From positions 1 through 52,569 of the IMG/VR virus record IMGVR_UViG_3300022918_000016: DNA of 52,569 nt. The stretch is one strand, 5' to 3'. Each line of letters opens with the position of its first letter. The stretch's first letter is position 1. Origin of the DNA: a virus. Its lineage: Duplodnaviria > Caudoviricetes. The position numbers and the translations under genes are program-made. This document shows positions 27,619-37,376 of this stretch, one piece after another. The notes beneath the pieces were generated by a model. It made no database searches. It was not told the DNA's origin and saw only the letters and a program-made list of their open reading frames with translations.

Positions 27619-27882
27619 ATGAAAACAATATTTAAGCAGAAATTAAAAATAACAGATTTACAGGTTGTTGAATTGCCTGTAAATTCTAAGTTTTTAACTG
27701 TTCAAATGCAGGATGGAATTCCTTGCTTGTGGTATGAGCATAATTCAGATGCCGTAACCGATAAATTCAATATTTATACTTTCGGTACTGGACACGAAAT
27801 AACAACTGATAATAAAATCAGTTATCTGGCTACGTACCAATCAGGAATGTTTGTAGGACACGTTTATTACGCTAAACAATGA
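27619..27882 (+). CDS. Hypothetical phage protein
   Basis: L.VQMQ..IPCLW...GTGH...Y..TYQ...FVGHV pattern. Confidence 0.75.
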   Translation: MKTIFKQKLKITDLQVVELPVNSKFLTVQMQDGIPCLWYEHNSDAVTDKFNIYTFGTGHEITTDNKISYLATYQSGMFVGHVYYAKQ

Positions 27883-28169
27883 TCCACTACAACGACCCAA
27901 AATACCAACAGGAACGCGCTAATGTAAAGCCTCTGAGTGTTGAGGAAATGCAGGAATGCATCGACGGTATTAACCAGCTTATACATAACACCAAGGAATA
28001 TACTCCCTACTCTCAGGATTTATCTATAGTCGCTAATCTACAACGCCTGATATGGGATTACGAAAACCTGCAGCATATGAGGGAGACATACGAAGCCGCA
28101 TTACAGGAAAAATACGATGAAGGATTTGAAAAGGGACACGCTTACGCAGTTAATACTTACATAAAATAA
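27879..28169 (+). CDS. Hypothetical protein
   Basis: ATGA-coupled ORF. Confidence 0.7.
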   Translation: MIHYNDPKYQQERANVKPLSVEEMQECIDGINQLIHNTKEYTPYSQDLSIVANLQRLIWDYENLQHMRETYEAALQEKYDEGFEKGHAYAVNTYIK

Positions 28170-28182
28170 AAACCAAAATATT

Positions 28183-28440
28183 ATGAGCAGACCAAAAGGA
28201 ATTTCCGTTATCGTAAAAACAGAAGCGGAGTACAAAAAAGTACAGGATTTTTTAACTAAAGAGGTACTTTATGTTAATTGGCATCCGGTTATGGAAACTA
28301 CAGAAACAGCTATAGTTTTAAAAGCTGATAAAAACAGCGATTTCTCTACAGGCAGTGTTGGATTGGCTGCATACCAGAGAGAGTGCGGAATAAAAACAAT
28401 GCCGTTTATAGAAAACCTATCATCTTATTTAACGAATTAA
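28183..28440 (+). CDS. Hypothetical protein
   Basis: ORF in the operon. Confidence 0.7.
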   Translation: MSRPKGISVIVKTEAEYKKVQDFLTKEVLYVNWHPVMETTETAIVLKADKNSDFSTGSVGLAAYQRECGIKTMPFIENLSSYLTN

Positions 28441-28444
28441 AATT

Positions 28445-29725
28445 ATGAGAAACATTAAAGATTTAAAACCTAATGAGTGCATTAAAATTAGCACTAAGAA
28501 GGAGGCGCGTAAAATATTTGAATTACTGGGAAGAAATCCGACTTATAATTTAAAATTATATGTGGGTTTTTATGTATTTTTTTCAGAACCTTATCCTGAA
28601 ATGATTTTTAGCGAAAATTACCTCTCTAAAGGCATGGTATCTGTTAACGCCTCCGAATTCCTACCCAAGAAGCACAGCCGTAAAAAACAGCTTTATAACA
28701 GCATAGCGGAAAATACGCATGATATACAGGCGTTGCAATCAGCTTTTAAAATATTGGCTGATAAGGTTGATTCGTTGCCGTCAGTTAACTGGAGCGATAA
28801 CGGTATTGTTAAGGTAAATATTCCAGGGCTTAAACTTGAAGATTCCGTCACTATAAGTCCCGAAGCGTTATTATTCGAGCCTGCCAGTAAACCTGAATCG
28901 TTAACTGAATTGCCTGAAAAGTGGTATATATCCGTAAACGATGGAAACCGTGGTATGATCGAGAAATGGCGCTCAGGACTTGAATCACTCAGAAATAAAA
29001 CCCTTAGTTATGGGCTCTATGTTAATGAATCTGGCAGAGGTTTTTCAGGAATTCCCGAATCTACCGAAATATCGACCGAAGATTTTAAACGCTTAGTGCT
29101 TAAGGAAAATGTTTTGGAGGTGGGTAATTGGTATAAAGATAAATCCCGTGTCGATACAAGTGTTCCTTATAGGTTTATTTTTATAAAAAACATAAATGAA
29201 GGGAGTATTGAAACTTGTGGCTTTGATGGTTTTGGAAATTGGTTTACTGAATCATATTATAATTTAGATGAAGCTGTTTTAGCGACCCAACAAGAAGTTC
29301 AGTCCTCTTTAATAAACGAGGCTGAAAAAAGATACAAATTTGAACAAGAAATCAATGCTATAGATGATACTGAAAATGGCAGTCCAGTAAGAAAACAGCC
29401 CTTAATAGGCAGTGATTATCAATTTAAAGATGGACGATTATTTTCTTTAGGGTTTGGTAAATGGTGTGTTTTTAAAAACGGCATCTGGGCAGAGATAGTT
29501 AAGCCTGTTAAAGAAGAAATTGATTGGAGTAAGCCGGGGCAGTTGTTTGAGGCTGTAAGTGACGGTTGTATAATTTTAAACTCAGGAGAAAGCAACGAAA
29601 GGCAAATGCAAGGAATAATAGTTTATTCAACAACCAACGCGTATCCGTTAGGCTGTTTTAAATGTGGATGGTTAAAAAGCGACTTAAAACTATACACCGG
29701 CGAACCCATAACATTATCAAATTAG
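28445..29725 (+). CDS. Mosaic multi-module hypothetical protein
   Basis: 426-aa ORF with short modules (LPEKWYI, LEVGNWYK, IDWSKPGQL). Confidence 0.75.
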   Translation: MRNIKDLKPNECIKISTKKEARKIFELLGRNPTYNLKLYVGFYVFFSEPYPEMIFSENYLSKGMVSVNASEFLPKKHSRKKQLYNSIAENTHDIQALQSAFKILADKVDSLPSVNWSDNGIVKVNIPGLKLEDSVTISPEALLFEPASKPESLTELPEKWYISVNDGNRGMIEKWRSGLESLRNKTLSYGLYVNESGRGFSGIPESTEISTEDFKRLVLKENVLEVGNWYKDKSRVDTSVPYRFIFIKNINEGSIETCGFDGFGNWFTESYYNLDEAVLATQQEVQSSLINEAEKRYKFEQEINAIDDTENGSPVRKQPLIGSDYQFKDGRLFSLGFGKWCVFKNGIWAEIVKPVKEEIDWSKPGQLFEAVSDGCIILNSGESNERQMQGIIVYSTTNAYPLGCFKCGWLKSDLKLYTGEPITLSN

Positions 29726-29753
29726 ATCAACTTGGCGAGTGGGGTTTAATTTT

Positions 29754-29785
29754 AAAAGCCAGTAATATTATGTTACTGGCTTTTT
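29754..29785. terminator. Bidirectional terminator
   Basis: AAAAGCCAGTAA-tattatg-TTACTGGCTTTT between convergent genes. Confidence 0.85.
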
Positions 29786-29797
29786 ACTTTTTATAAA

Positions 29798-32700
29798 TTA
29801 TTTAATCTTCCTCCCCTGAAAACTCGCTATCCTATTTTTATATTCGGTGCGTTGCCCTTGTCGTTCGCTGTAAGCTGAATATCCCTTAGCATCAAATGTA
29901 ACACCGTTTACAGGCATCTTAGCTAATGTTTTATCCATGATACGCTCCATATCCGATGCGCTAACCCCTTCGACGCGGTTCATCGCCACCGCAGGCAACC
30001 CGCTATTTAAAATACCGCTGCTGGCAATATCAGGATAAACCTGCGAACCTTTAGGTAAATCAATCAACGTGTTTTTATTTGGCGTTAATGCCATTTTGCC
30101 ATCAGGGTAACGGATAACCTCATGTTTGCCGCCATCCCCTACTAAGGCCTTGCCGCCTGGGTGGTAATCCGTACCTTCAGCATAAGCAGGAACAGGTTTA
30201 GACGCTATCAAACCGATTTGTATAGCTCCTAACGTACCTACTAATATTGATGCCGCTATATTAGGCAATGCTGCTACAACTGCGCTGGCAGTGTTTATAA
30301 TAGCGTTAAACAACGCTGTTTCTTTAGCTGCCTTCGCTTCACGTGTGCGTATTTCACGTTTCTTGTCTGCTAATTGTTTTTCGAGTTCTTCTTCGGCATC
30401 AGCATTGCCACCTGCGAATTTTTTACGTATCTCATATTCACGCTCAATATTCGTTAATTCAGCATCGAAACGCGCCTGGTTATTCTGTTGCATGAAATTA
30501 AATACCTCCTGAAATGTAGACAATGCTGTTGTACCGATAACTTTTAATTTCTCCCCGGCGGTTTGTGCCTGGTCAATCATTTTATCGAATGTACTGCCGG
30601 TCTTACTTTCGATTTCTCCGGCCGAATTTACAAACTGGTATGTTACCTGATCGGTAAATTTAGCCAGCGAGCTTAAACCCATATCGCTAAGGAAACCTGA
30701 TTTAATACTGTTGAATAATTCATCAGTAGCGGTTTTCATTTCATGGCGTAAATCTGCTACTTTTTGTAAACGTTCCGTTTCTGTATCTTTTAACGCCTGC
30801 TCATAACCTATTTGCTCTTTTAATAATTCATTTATCGCCTGGTTGTTTTCGATGTTAGGTTCTTGCAGTTTTATTTCTTCTATTTTAGCTTTAACCCGGT
30901 CTAAATCTATTTGCGTTAATTTATCAGCTCTGTCTAACGCTGCGTTATCCAAATCACGCATTTTATTAGCCAAATCGGTATATTGTTTCTCGGTGGTGCT
31001 ACCTGAAACGCTCGCCAGTAATGAATTACGTTCTGATGTATCGCCTAATCCTAAACGTCCCTGAGTATTACGTGCATTTTGCGCCTGTATATCCAGTAAT
31101 ACGCCTTGCAGCTTACGCGCCGATTCAATCGTTAGTTTCGTTTTGTCATACTCGTATTTTTCATCAATTCGTTTTTTCTTGATGATGTATTTATAGTTTA
31201 TTTCATCTAAATTAGCCTGCGTGGCTTTACCTTCTGAGATAGCTGTTTTATACGTTTCATTCTGGTTCTCGTTTTCAAGCTTATTTAAACGTATTTCTTC
31301 GTCATGCTCTAATTTCAATAACGCTTCTTTCTGGAAATAAAAATTATTTGCCGCAGCTAAACGGGTTTCATAATTTTTCTTGTCGTTATTCATTATTTCT
31401 TCTTCATCGGCAATATGATTTTCAGTATTTTGTCGTTGTAAATTATAGACTTCTTTCAGGTAATCGATGTCGGATTTTTGTTTCTTTGGTTTGCCTACAC
31501 CTGCATAATCCTGCTTAGGTAGCGGTTTCTTTAAAAAGTCGTAAGCTGCCTGTAATTGTCCTAATGAAGTTTTAGTAGTATTCAAACTTGCATCATATAG
31601 AGTATTTAATTTTTTAATCTGGGATTCTATTTCTCCATTTCCAAAACCACCTATATTACCAAATTCCGCCTTAAATGCATCATTCTTTTTTTCTAAAGCA
31701 ACGATCTGTTCGTTTATTGCGTCTCTTTCATCCCTTAACTCTTTTAATCGTTTTGGATTCTCAATTATTCTGTCTTTTGCCGCGTATTCAGCTAAATCTT
31801 GCTGTTGTTTAGTTAATTCTGCAAATCTTTTTTTATCATTAACAGCCTCTTTGTCTTTTACCGTAGCTAATTCTTTTAACTCTTTTAATTCCTGAGCATA
31901 GGCGGAATCTTCTATATACTTCAATTGTTCGTCCCTACGTTGTTCTTCTGATTTAGCTAAATCTGCCATTCCTTCGGCTGCGCCTTTTAAAAACTTAACC
32001 AATCCTGTTAAGCTTTTAGTGATTACGCTATCCCCTTCGCTTATCTGTTTTATTAAATTAGTCCACGCGTTACCTAAACGTGTAGTTTCTGCTGTAAGAT
32101 TCTCTACTCTATTCAGGTTTTCAACGCCGTAGGCTTTTTCTAACTCTGCCGCGAATGCCGGCAATACTTCGGCCGCCAATACTTTACCATCCTTTAGTAG
32201 CTTGTTTAACTGAATTTCTGTAACACCCATAGATTTAGCAAGAATGCCAAATGCACCAGGCAAACGTTCTGCGAGCTGCCCGCGTATCTCCTCTGCTTGT
32301 ACATTGCCTTTAGAAATCATTTGTTGCAAGGCTAAAAATGCACCCTGCTGCTGATCTACAGATAATCCCATTGCCCCGGCTGCTTTAGATACCGATTCAA
32401 ATATCCCGTTTATCTGTTCTGCTGTAATAGCCCCCGATTCAATAGCGTTTTTACTGGCGGCATAAAATCCAGTATAAGAACGCGTCAATCCTTTTATTTC
32501 TATACCGTAAGCCTCGGATATACGTTGCAAAAAAGCCTGTGATTGCCCGAATAATTCATTTGTCCCAAGTACTTGTTTTAACGCAAAATCAAGGGATTGT
32601 AATTCACGGGTAGTGTTGAATATGTCTTTAGATATTGCCGCAAACGCCTGCACGCCACCAACAACACCAAAAGCCATTAAGAGGTCTTTTAAGCCTCTTG

Positions 32701-33322
32701 CCGCCTGCATAGGATAATTACCTACATTACGGTTAAATCTACCCACAGCACGATCCGCTGCAAGCACTCGTGTGTTTAAAGCATCGAACTGGCGTTGTGC
32801 ATTTTGTAATTCACGGTTATACTGACGTTGTGTTTGCTCCCCGGTACGCCCACGCGCTATTAAATTTTGAACTGCACGGGCTGCAATATTTTGTTGTGCA
32901 GATAATCGTTCATAGGAATTAGCGAATGTAGAATTAGCCTGAGCCACCCTTGAAGCGTTAGCTGCCAGTAGACGTGTGTTAGTTATTTCCTCCTGTGTAC
33001 GCTGATTACCTGCAGCACGCGCCTGAGTTTGCCTTGTTATAGCTTGGTTAGTAGTATCTATACCTGCTCTTAATCTGTTTTGCAGGTCAATTTGTTGCTG
33101 TATCAACTGATTGTTAGCCGCTAAAACCGTATTCAACTGCGTAATCAGCCCTCGCGCCTGACTGGGTATCTTAATATTTTTAAAAGCATTATTCAGCGTG
33201 TTAGCCTGCGTAACAGCAAGCTGCAAGTCTTTAGTAAGCTGCGTAACGCCTTTAATGCCTTTATTAAGATCGGTTATCGCGCCTTTTTCTAAAATACCTA
33301 TAAATTCTCCGTTACTTGCCAT
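29798..33322 (-). CDS. Tail tape measure protein
   Basis: 1174 aa, helical, rich in Ala/Gln; QMISKG.VQAEE.RGQLAERLPG tape-measure motif. Confidence 0.92.
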   Translation of the reverse strand: MASNGEFIGILEKGAITDLNKGIKGVTQLTKDLQLAVTQANTLNNAFKNIKIPSQARGLITQLNTVLAANNQLIQQQIDLQNRLRAGIDTTNQAITRQTQARAAGNQRTQEEITNTRLLAANASRVAQANSTFANSYERLSAQQNIAARAVQNLIARGRTGEQTQRQYNRELQNAQRQFDALNTRVLAADRAVGRFNRNVGNYPMQAARGLKDLLMAFGVVGGVQAFAAISKDIFNTTRELQSLDFALKQVLGTNELFGQSQAFLQRISEAYGIEIKGLTRSYTGFYAASKNAIESGAITAEQINGIFESVSKAAGAMGLSVDQQQGAFLALQQMISKGNVQAEEIRGQLAERLPGAFGILAKSMGVTEIQLNKLLKDGKVLAAEVLPAFAAELEKAYGVENLNRVENLTAETTRLGNAWTNLIKQISEGDSVITKSLTGLVKFLKGAAEGMADLAKSEEQRRDEQLKYIEDSAYAQELKELKELATVKDKEAVNDKKRFAELTKQQQDLAEYAAKDRIIENPKRLKELRDERDAINEQIVALEKKNDAFKAEFGNIGGFGNGEIESQIKKLNTLYDASLNTTKTSLGQLQAAYDFLKKPLPKQDYAGVGKPKKQKSDIDYLKEVYNLQRQNTENHIADEEEIMNNDKKNYETRLAAANNFYFQKEALLKLEHDEEIRLNKLENENQNETYKTAISEGKATQANLDEINYKYIIKKKRIDEKYEYDKTKLTIESARKLQGVLLDIQAQNARNTQGRLGLGDTSERNSLLASVSGSTTEKQYTDLANKMRDLDNAALDRADKLTQIDLDRVKAKIEEIKLQEPNIENNQAINELLKEQIGYEQALKDTETERLQKVADLRHEMKTATDELFNSIKSGFLSDMGLSSLAKFTDQVTYQFVNSAGEIESKTGSTFDKMIDQAQTAGEKLKVIGTTALSTFQEVFNFMQQNNQARFDAELTNIEREYEIRKKFAGGNADAEEELEKQLADKKREIRTREAKAAKETALFNAIINTASAVVAALPNIAASILVGTLGAIQIGLIASKPVPAYAEGTDYHPGGKALVGDGGKHEVIRYPDGKMALTPNKNTLIDLPKGSQVYPDIASSGILNSGLPAVAMNRVEGVSASDMERIMDKTLAKMPVNGVTFDAKGYSAYSERQGQRTEYKNRIASFQGRKIK

Positions 33323-33983
33323 TTTTATTATGTAGTTTTTTGAAGCTGTTAGATCGCTCTATAGCCGATTGTTTCAGGGCAATATATTTATACAGGCTTA
33401 CATCGTCTGGTATTGTTCTTTCAAGAGCGTTTTCGATGGAAACCAAATCATTTTCGAATGAATGCTTTACTTTTTCGTTAACGGTTTTTTCGCTGGCTAT
33501 TTCTTGGTTAAGCTGATTTTTTAGCTGCCCAATAACCGATGTTTGTACTCTTGATATTTCCTCTAACGGATCTTTTTTTAAGGAGAAATTAATCCTAACT
33601 CCTTCAATTGAGTTCAAAATATCCACAGCCTCTTTACGCTCCGCATGGGTCATAACAGTCATAGCTATATGATGCAAGCACAAATTAATCGTACTTATCT
33701 TAGTGTTTATGTCAAGCACACGGCATTTTTTTTTAAACCATTGGATTACTTTATCGTTGTTGTCAAGTAATACATATTCATCAAAAATAACATCGTAAGC
33801 GGCTTGTAATTCAGTTTCTGAAGCCTTGCCTAACTTAGTATAATCACTCGAATACATGACCTCAAAAAACAGTTTTGCAGGAATGTTACAATCATGCCAG
33901 TAAATTAGTGGTGCTGGCTGTTCGGTAGTGCGTTTACGTTTGAATAGAATCATATCCCTTAAGTTTTTTATCAAAATATACAA
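33312..33983 (-). CDS. Pre-tape-measure protein (tail assembly chaperone-like)
   Basis: Directly upstream of the TMP; likely start MILFKR. Confidence 0.6.
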   Translation of the reverse strand: MYILIKNLRDMILFKRKRTTEQPAPLIYWHDCNIPAKLFFEVMYSSDYTKLGKASETELQAAYDVIFDEYVLLDNNDKVIQWFKKKCRVLDINTKISTINLCLHHIAMTVMTHAERKEAVDILNSIEGVRINFSLKKDPLEEISRVQTSVIGQLKNQLNQEIASEKTVNEKVKHSFENDLVSIENALERTIPDDVSLYKYIALKQSAIERSNSFKKLHNKNGK

Positions 33984-34260
33984 CCCACTCGTCTTTGGTC
34001 ATATTTAACCTATCCCAAGGCTCATAATTAGATACAGAGCGTTTTACGGGTATTTTTTCATCGTAATTTTCAAGAGCTTTTTTTAATCTGACAACAAATC
34101 CTTTTATGAATTCATTTTCAGGTTCTTCTTTCAGCCATTTAACAGCAGCCTGTAATTCATTAGATAATTTTTCGTAAGTTAAATAGTCAACTTTTACAGG
34201 CTTTTTAAATATCGATTTTATAAATTTCAGCATAGCGATACGTATATTATTTCCCCGCAT
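33934..34260 (-). CDS. Hypothetical protein (moron-like)
   Basis: ORF between tail genes. Confidence 0.55.
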   Translation of the reverse strand: MRGNNIRIAMLKFIKSIFKKPVKVDYLTYEKLSNELQAAVKWLKEEPENEFIKGFVVRLKKALENYDEKIPVKRSVSNYEPWDRLNMTKDEWVVYFDKKLKGYDSIQT

Positions 34261-34427
34261 TCCAGCGTTACAGGAATTTCTTTTAAATCACGATTATCCA
34301 TTAACTTATCACAGGCAATATTTATATTTTTTTCATCAGCAGACGTGAACGCGGGTAATACCCTATCGAAATCAAGTAATTCCGATAATCTATTTATAAA
34401 CACCTCTATACCTTTAATTATCCTCAT
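34227..34427 (-). CDS. Hypothetical protein
   Basis: ATGA-coupled to the upstream gene. Confidence 0.55.
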   Translation of the reverse strand: MRIIKGIEVFINRLSELLDFDRVLPAFTSADEKNINIACDKLMDNRDLKEIPVTLECGEIIYVSLC

Positions 34428-34867
34428 TGCCCTAACTGTCTTTTAATAAACCTGATTAATAATGGCGCATGCACCTCACGCTGTAACCGTATCCATTCGC
34501 CCTGATTTAAACCCATAATATCTTTACCGTATTTACCTATTAAATCATTGGTCTTATCATCGGTGCTGTCAAAAGTGTACCTGCTATTTCCTAATGATTC
34601 AACAAACAACCCCCTTGTAAACGAACCTGTCAATATCAAATCGACTGTACCGCCTGCAAGAGGGTTCATTCTTTGCTTGAATAATCCGTATTCAGTATTA
34701 CGGTAAAATCCTATAGCTGTGCCATCGGGCTTATCGCCGCGTTGAAATTCTTTATACTTCGCTGCTATTACCTGAGGATCCCTTTGGATTATCCTTCGTG
34801 TTTCCTCCGGTATTTCCGTTACTAACCGGTTTAACCTGCGTAGCATTTCCGCCGCTGATATTGCCAT
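34424..34867 (-). CDS. Tail completion / neck protein (HK97 gp10-like)
   Basis: Basic; VDLILTGSF motif; position. Confidence 0.65.
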   Translation of the reverse strand: MAISAAEMLRRLNRLVTEIPEETRRIIQRDPQVIAAKYKEFQRGDKPDGTAIGFYRNTEYGLFKQRMNPLAGGTVDLILTGSFTRGLFVESLGNSRYTFDSTDDKTNDLIGKYGKDIMGLNQGEWIRLQREVHAPLLIRFIKRQLGQ

Positions 34868-35024
34868 CTTTTAAGATTTTTTCAGCCAGTACATAGTCTT
34901 TAGGGCTTAACGATTCGTAAACCTGATCTACCTGGTCTTTGTGAGGTAAAGATAGGAAATTATCGTATGCCTCCTGCGAGCCGAAAGTAATATTACCAAC
35001 GGCTGGTATTTTTTTACGTTTCAT
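34752..35024 (-). CDS. Small protein after the major tail gene (tail assembly chaperone candidate)
   Basis: Start MKRKKIP overlaps the MTP stop; 3' end overlaps the next gene by 116 nt. Confidence 0.6.
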   Translation of the reverse strand: MKRKKIPAVGNITFGSQEAYDNFLSLPHKDQVDQVYESLSPKDYVLAEKILKDGNISGGNATQVKPVSNGNTGGNTKDNPKGSSGNSSEV

Positions 35025-35959
35025 TATGCTACGGTTGTTAATGTTGCTGAAATTCCTTTGTATAGTTGGTTTTCGCCAACTAACGCTACATTTACAGGCG
35101 GCGTTGCTGTGGCATCCCATAATTCAACAACTACAGGTGTGCCAACAGTAAGTGCAGGTGTTGTAGTTATCCTGTAAGACCCCTCATTGATAAGCGGCAC
35201 AACGGTAGCTATTGTTATAGCGGCATTCGTTACCGGGTTATATACCCTGAAGTTAGCCGCTGTAAGGGCTTCGATACCGTAAGAGGTATTAGTAGCCGCG
35301 TTAACCTGAATAGTTATTCCCGCAACCGCTGCGATGCCTGTAATAGTCGTGCCTGTTACTGCCGGTAAATCGTTAAAATCAACCTCTGACTGGTCAATGT
35401 TATACGTTACCATACGGCGGTTAAATTGCTGCTCATTCGTTAACTGGAACGAGAACCCTGTCATTGAATCGGTATCCCCTGTACGAGGCGTATATGTAGC
35501 AGCGTTAACCATTCCTGCCGTTAAACCTGTCACGTATTGACCATCCGGAGAAAGCGCCAAAATAAGCGTCCCTGAATCGTCGACAATGCCAATATCAAAG
35601 CGGTTAAATCCGTTTTTAGAGTATATAGCCTTGTGGTATCCGATGCCGTTATCAATATCAAATTGATACTGCGGTTTCGCGTTACGCACCACACTAAGTA
35701 CACCACCTGTAAATTCCTGAGTAGTAACGTCCGGCGTGTTGTTGGTAAACTGTTTAGAACCCAGTACCGGTTGCCAATCTCCTGATTGAACCAACGCTAC
35801 AAATCCCTCCTGGTCTAACGCTTCAAAAGCCGTGCGCAGCATTCTCCATCCTTTACGGATAAGAATAGGTGTTTTAAATTCGGTAAGGTACTGCTCGCAG
35901 CTTACGATACCTAATTCAAGGGTATCTTTATCGCAATTAATAGCATTTATTAATCCCAT
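35024..35959 (-). CDS. Major tail tube protein with a C-terminal Ig-like extension
   Basis: 311 aa, Thr/Ala/Val-rich C-terminus, canonical position. Confidence 0.75.
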   Translation of the reverse strand: MGLINAINCDKDTLELGIVSCEQYLTEFKTPILIRKGWRMLRTAFEALDQEGFVALVQSGDWQPVLGSKQFTNNTPDVTTQEFTGGVLSVVRNAKPQYQFDIDNGIGYHKAIYSKNGFNRFDIGIVDDSGTLILALSPDGQYVTGLTAGMVNAATYTPRTGDTDSMTGFSFQLTNEQQFNRRMVTYNIDQSEVDFNDLPAVTGTTITGIAAVAGITIQVNAATNTSYGIEALTAANFRVYNPVTNAAITIATVVPLINEGSYRITTTPALTVGTPVVVELWDATATPPVNVALVGENQLYKGISATLTTVA

Positions 35960-35963
35960 GATT

Positions 35964-36482
35964 TTAAGTGTATTTTATTGTTTTTAAACATTTATCGTTT
36001 ATTGTAATCGTGGTATCGAAGCGTAATGCGTCGATAATATCAGTTGTTTTATTTTTTTCGCCGTCTCCGTAATTAGGAAACTCTACGGTAGTAAAAACTC
36101 CGTCCCAAACGAATATTTGCGATTTCGTAAATAACTGTTCAATGTTGCGGGCTAATGGAAATAGTATGTTATTATATGATGTAGCCCAACGCTGTGAGTT
36201 AGTCATATCAATAGCCGTGTTCCTTGTTGCCAGTATAAGCGTTAATGTAGCCGTTGCAGCTACCTGTTTCGTGTCATGCTCAATAGTATTCGCCGAATTA
36301 TAAATAATCGGGTATACAGGCTTGCTTGGATCGTTACCGAACAACTTAATTAGTTTATTCAGATGATAATCGTCTCCCCATTCGTAACGCGGTTTAAACC
36401 CCTCCGAAACAGGATCTAACGTGGCTCCAATGTAAGGCAGCGTATCGAACGCATCAATCAGCCTTTTATGTACGTTTATCAT
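35964..36482 (-). CDS. Tail terminator / head-tail joining protein
   Basis: Position and size; YPII motif. Confidence 0.6.
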   Translation of the reverse strand: MINVHKRLIDAFDTLPYIGATLDPVSEGFKPRYEWGDDYHLNKLIKLFGNDPSKPVYPIIYNSANTIEHDTKQVAATATLTLILATRNTAIDMTNSQRWATSYNNILFPLARNIEQLFTKSQIFVWDGVFTTVEFPNYGDGEKNKTTDIIDALRFDTTITINDKCLKTIKYT

Positions 36483-37060
36483 ATCCCTAAAATATTTTGA
36501 ATTTGATAAAACCCAAAATTACCTATACTGTAATCGGCTTGGTTTTCATTTAGGAATTGGTACAAGCTCACAAAATTAGGCGTGTAACTTCCGTATAATA
36601 TACAGCCGCATCCATGATGATACTGATACATGCTAACGAATTCATTCCAGTAATCGATAACACGCTGCTCTGCTAAAACGGGTGTTGAATTAGCGGATTC
36701 TGCGCGCTCCAATCCAGTTGTATTAAATTGTACTGATTCGTATTTCAGGAAATTAACATACACATAGTATCCGATTATATCGCGTAAACCGTCAAATCGT
36801 TTATTATCGTAAGTTTTACCGTTTACGAGGTCATACCATTTGTTGCCCGGCACATAATCTGTTACAGACCCCATTACGGCTACCAGTAAATCATACTGCT
36901 CAGCTCCTAACGCATTAATCAATAACAATCGCTCATACTTCACTATGGCAGCCGTTAATTTATCCTGATTGTTAGGCTGCGTACCACCGTGTATATCGGG
37001 TACTGCCTGAACGTTCGGGATAAAAAGTTTGCCTGTAAAGTATGATTTATCGATTATCAT
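36479..37060 (-). CDS. Head-tail adaptor protein
   Basis: Position after the capsid gene; helical; IIDKSYF start. Confidence 0.65.
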   Translation of the reverse strand: MIIDKSYFTGKLFIPNVQAVPDIHGGTQPNNQDKLTAAIVKYERLLLINALGAEQYDLLVAVMGSVTDYVPGNKWYDLVNGKTYDNKRFDGLRDIIGYYVYVNFLKYESVQFNTTGLERAESANSTPVLAEQRVIDYWNEFVSMYQYHHGCGCILYGSYTPNFVSLYQFLNENQADYSIGNFGFYQIQNILGI

Positions 37061-37326
37061 TATAGTTTCTCTATTACTCCTGCTTTATCGTAAATAGCGT
37101 ATGCAACGTCAGAAACAGACAACTCGTCTCCTTCTTTCATATGTTTACCGAAATCCCTTGTAAACCTTACAGGCGTAGTTCTTTCAAGGTTTATCACAAC
37201 GCCTTCCGTTTTGCCCTCGGCAATTAATTTTTTACTTTTTGCGCCCTGCTCTTTGTAGTAGGCGTTAGTAATTCCTGCCACTTCGTTTTTTACAGGTGTT
37301 TCATCTACTGTTAGCCCTTTAGCCAT
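37060..37326 (-). CDS. Small capsid-adjacent protein
   Basis: Position after the MCP. Confidence 0.65.
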   Translation of the reverse strand: MAKGLTVDETPVKNEVAGITNAYYKEQGAKSKKLIAEGKTEGVVINLERTTPVRFTRDFGKHMKEGDELSVSDVAYAIYDKAGVIEKL

Positions 37327-37347
37327 GATGTTTTAAATTTATAGGTT

Positions 37348-37367
37348 AAACCCCGCCGAAACGGGGA
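37348..37367 (-). terminator. Hairpin / terminator after the major capsid gene
   Basis: Minus strand CCCCGT-TTCG-GCGGGG-TTT. Confidence 0.7.
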
Positions 37368-37376
37368 TGTAATAAT

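Noticed and set aside
21721-29797. CRISPR or mini-array, or tRNA genes in the islands
   Set aside because: No regularly spaced repeats and no cloverleaf with T-loop/D-loop consensus seen.
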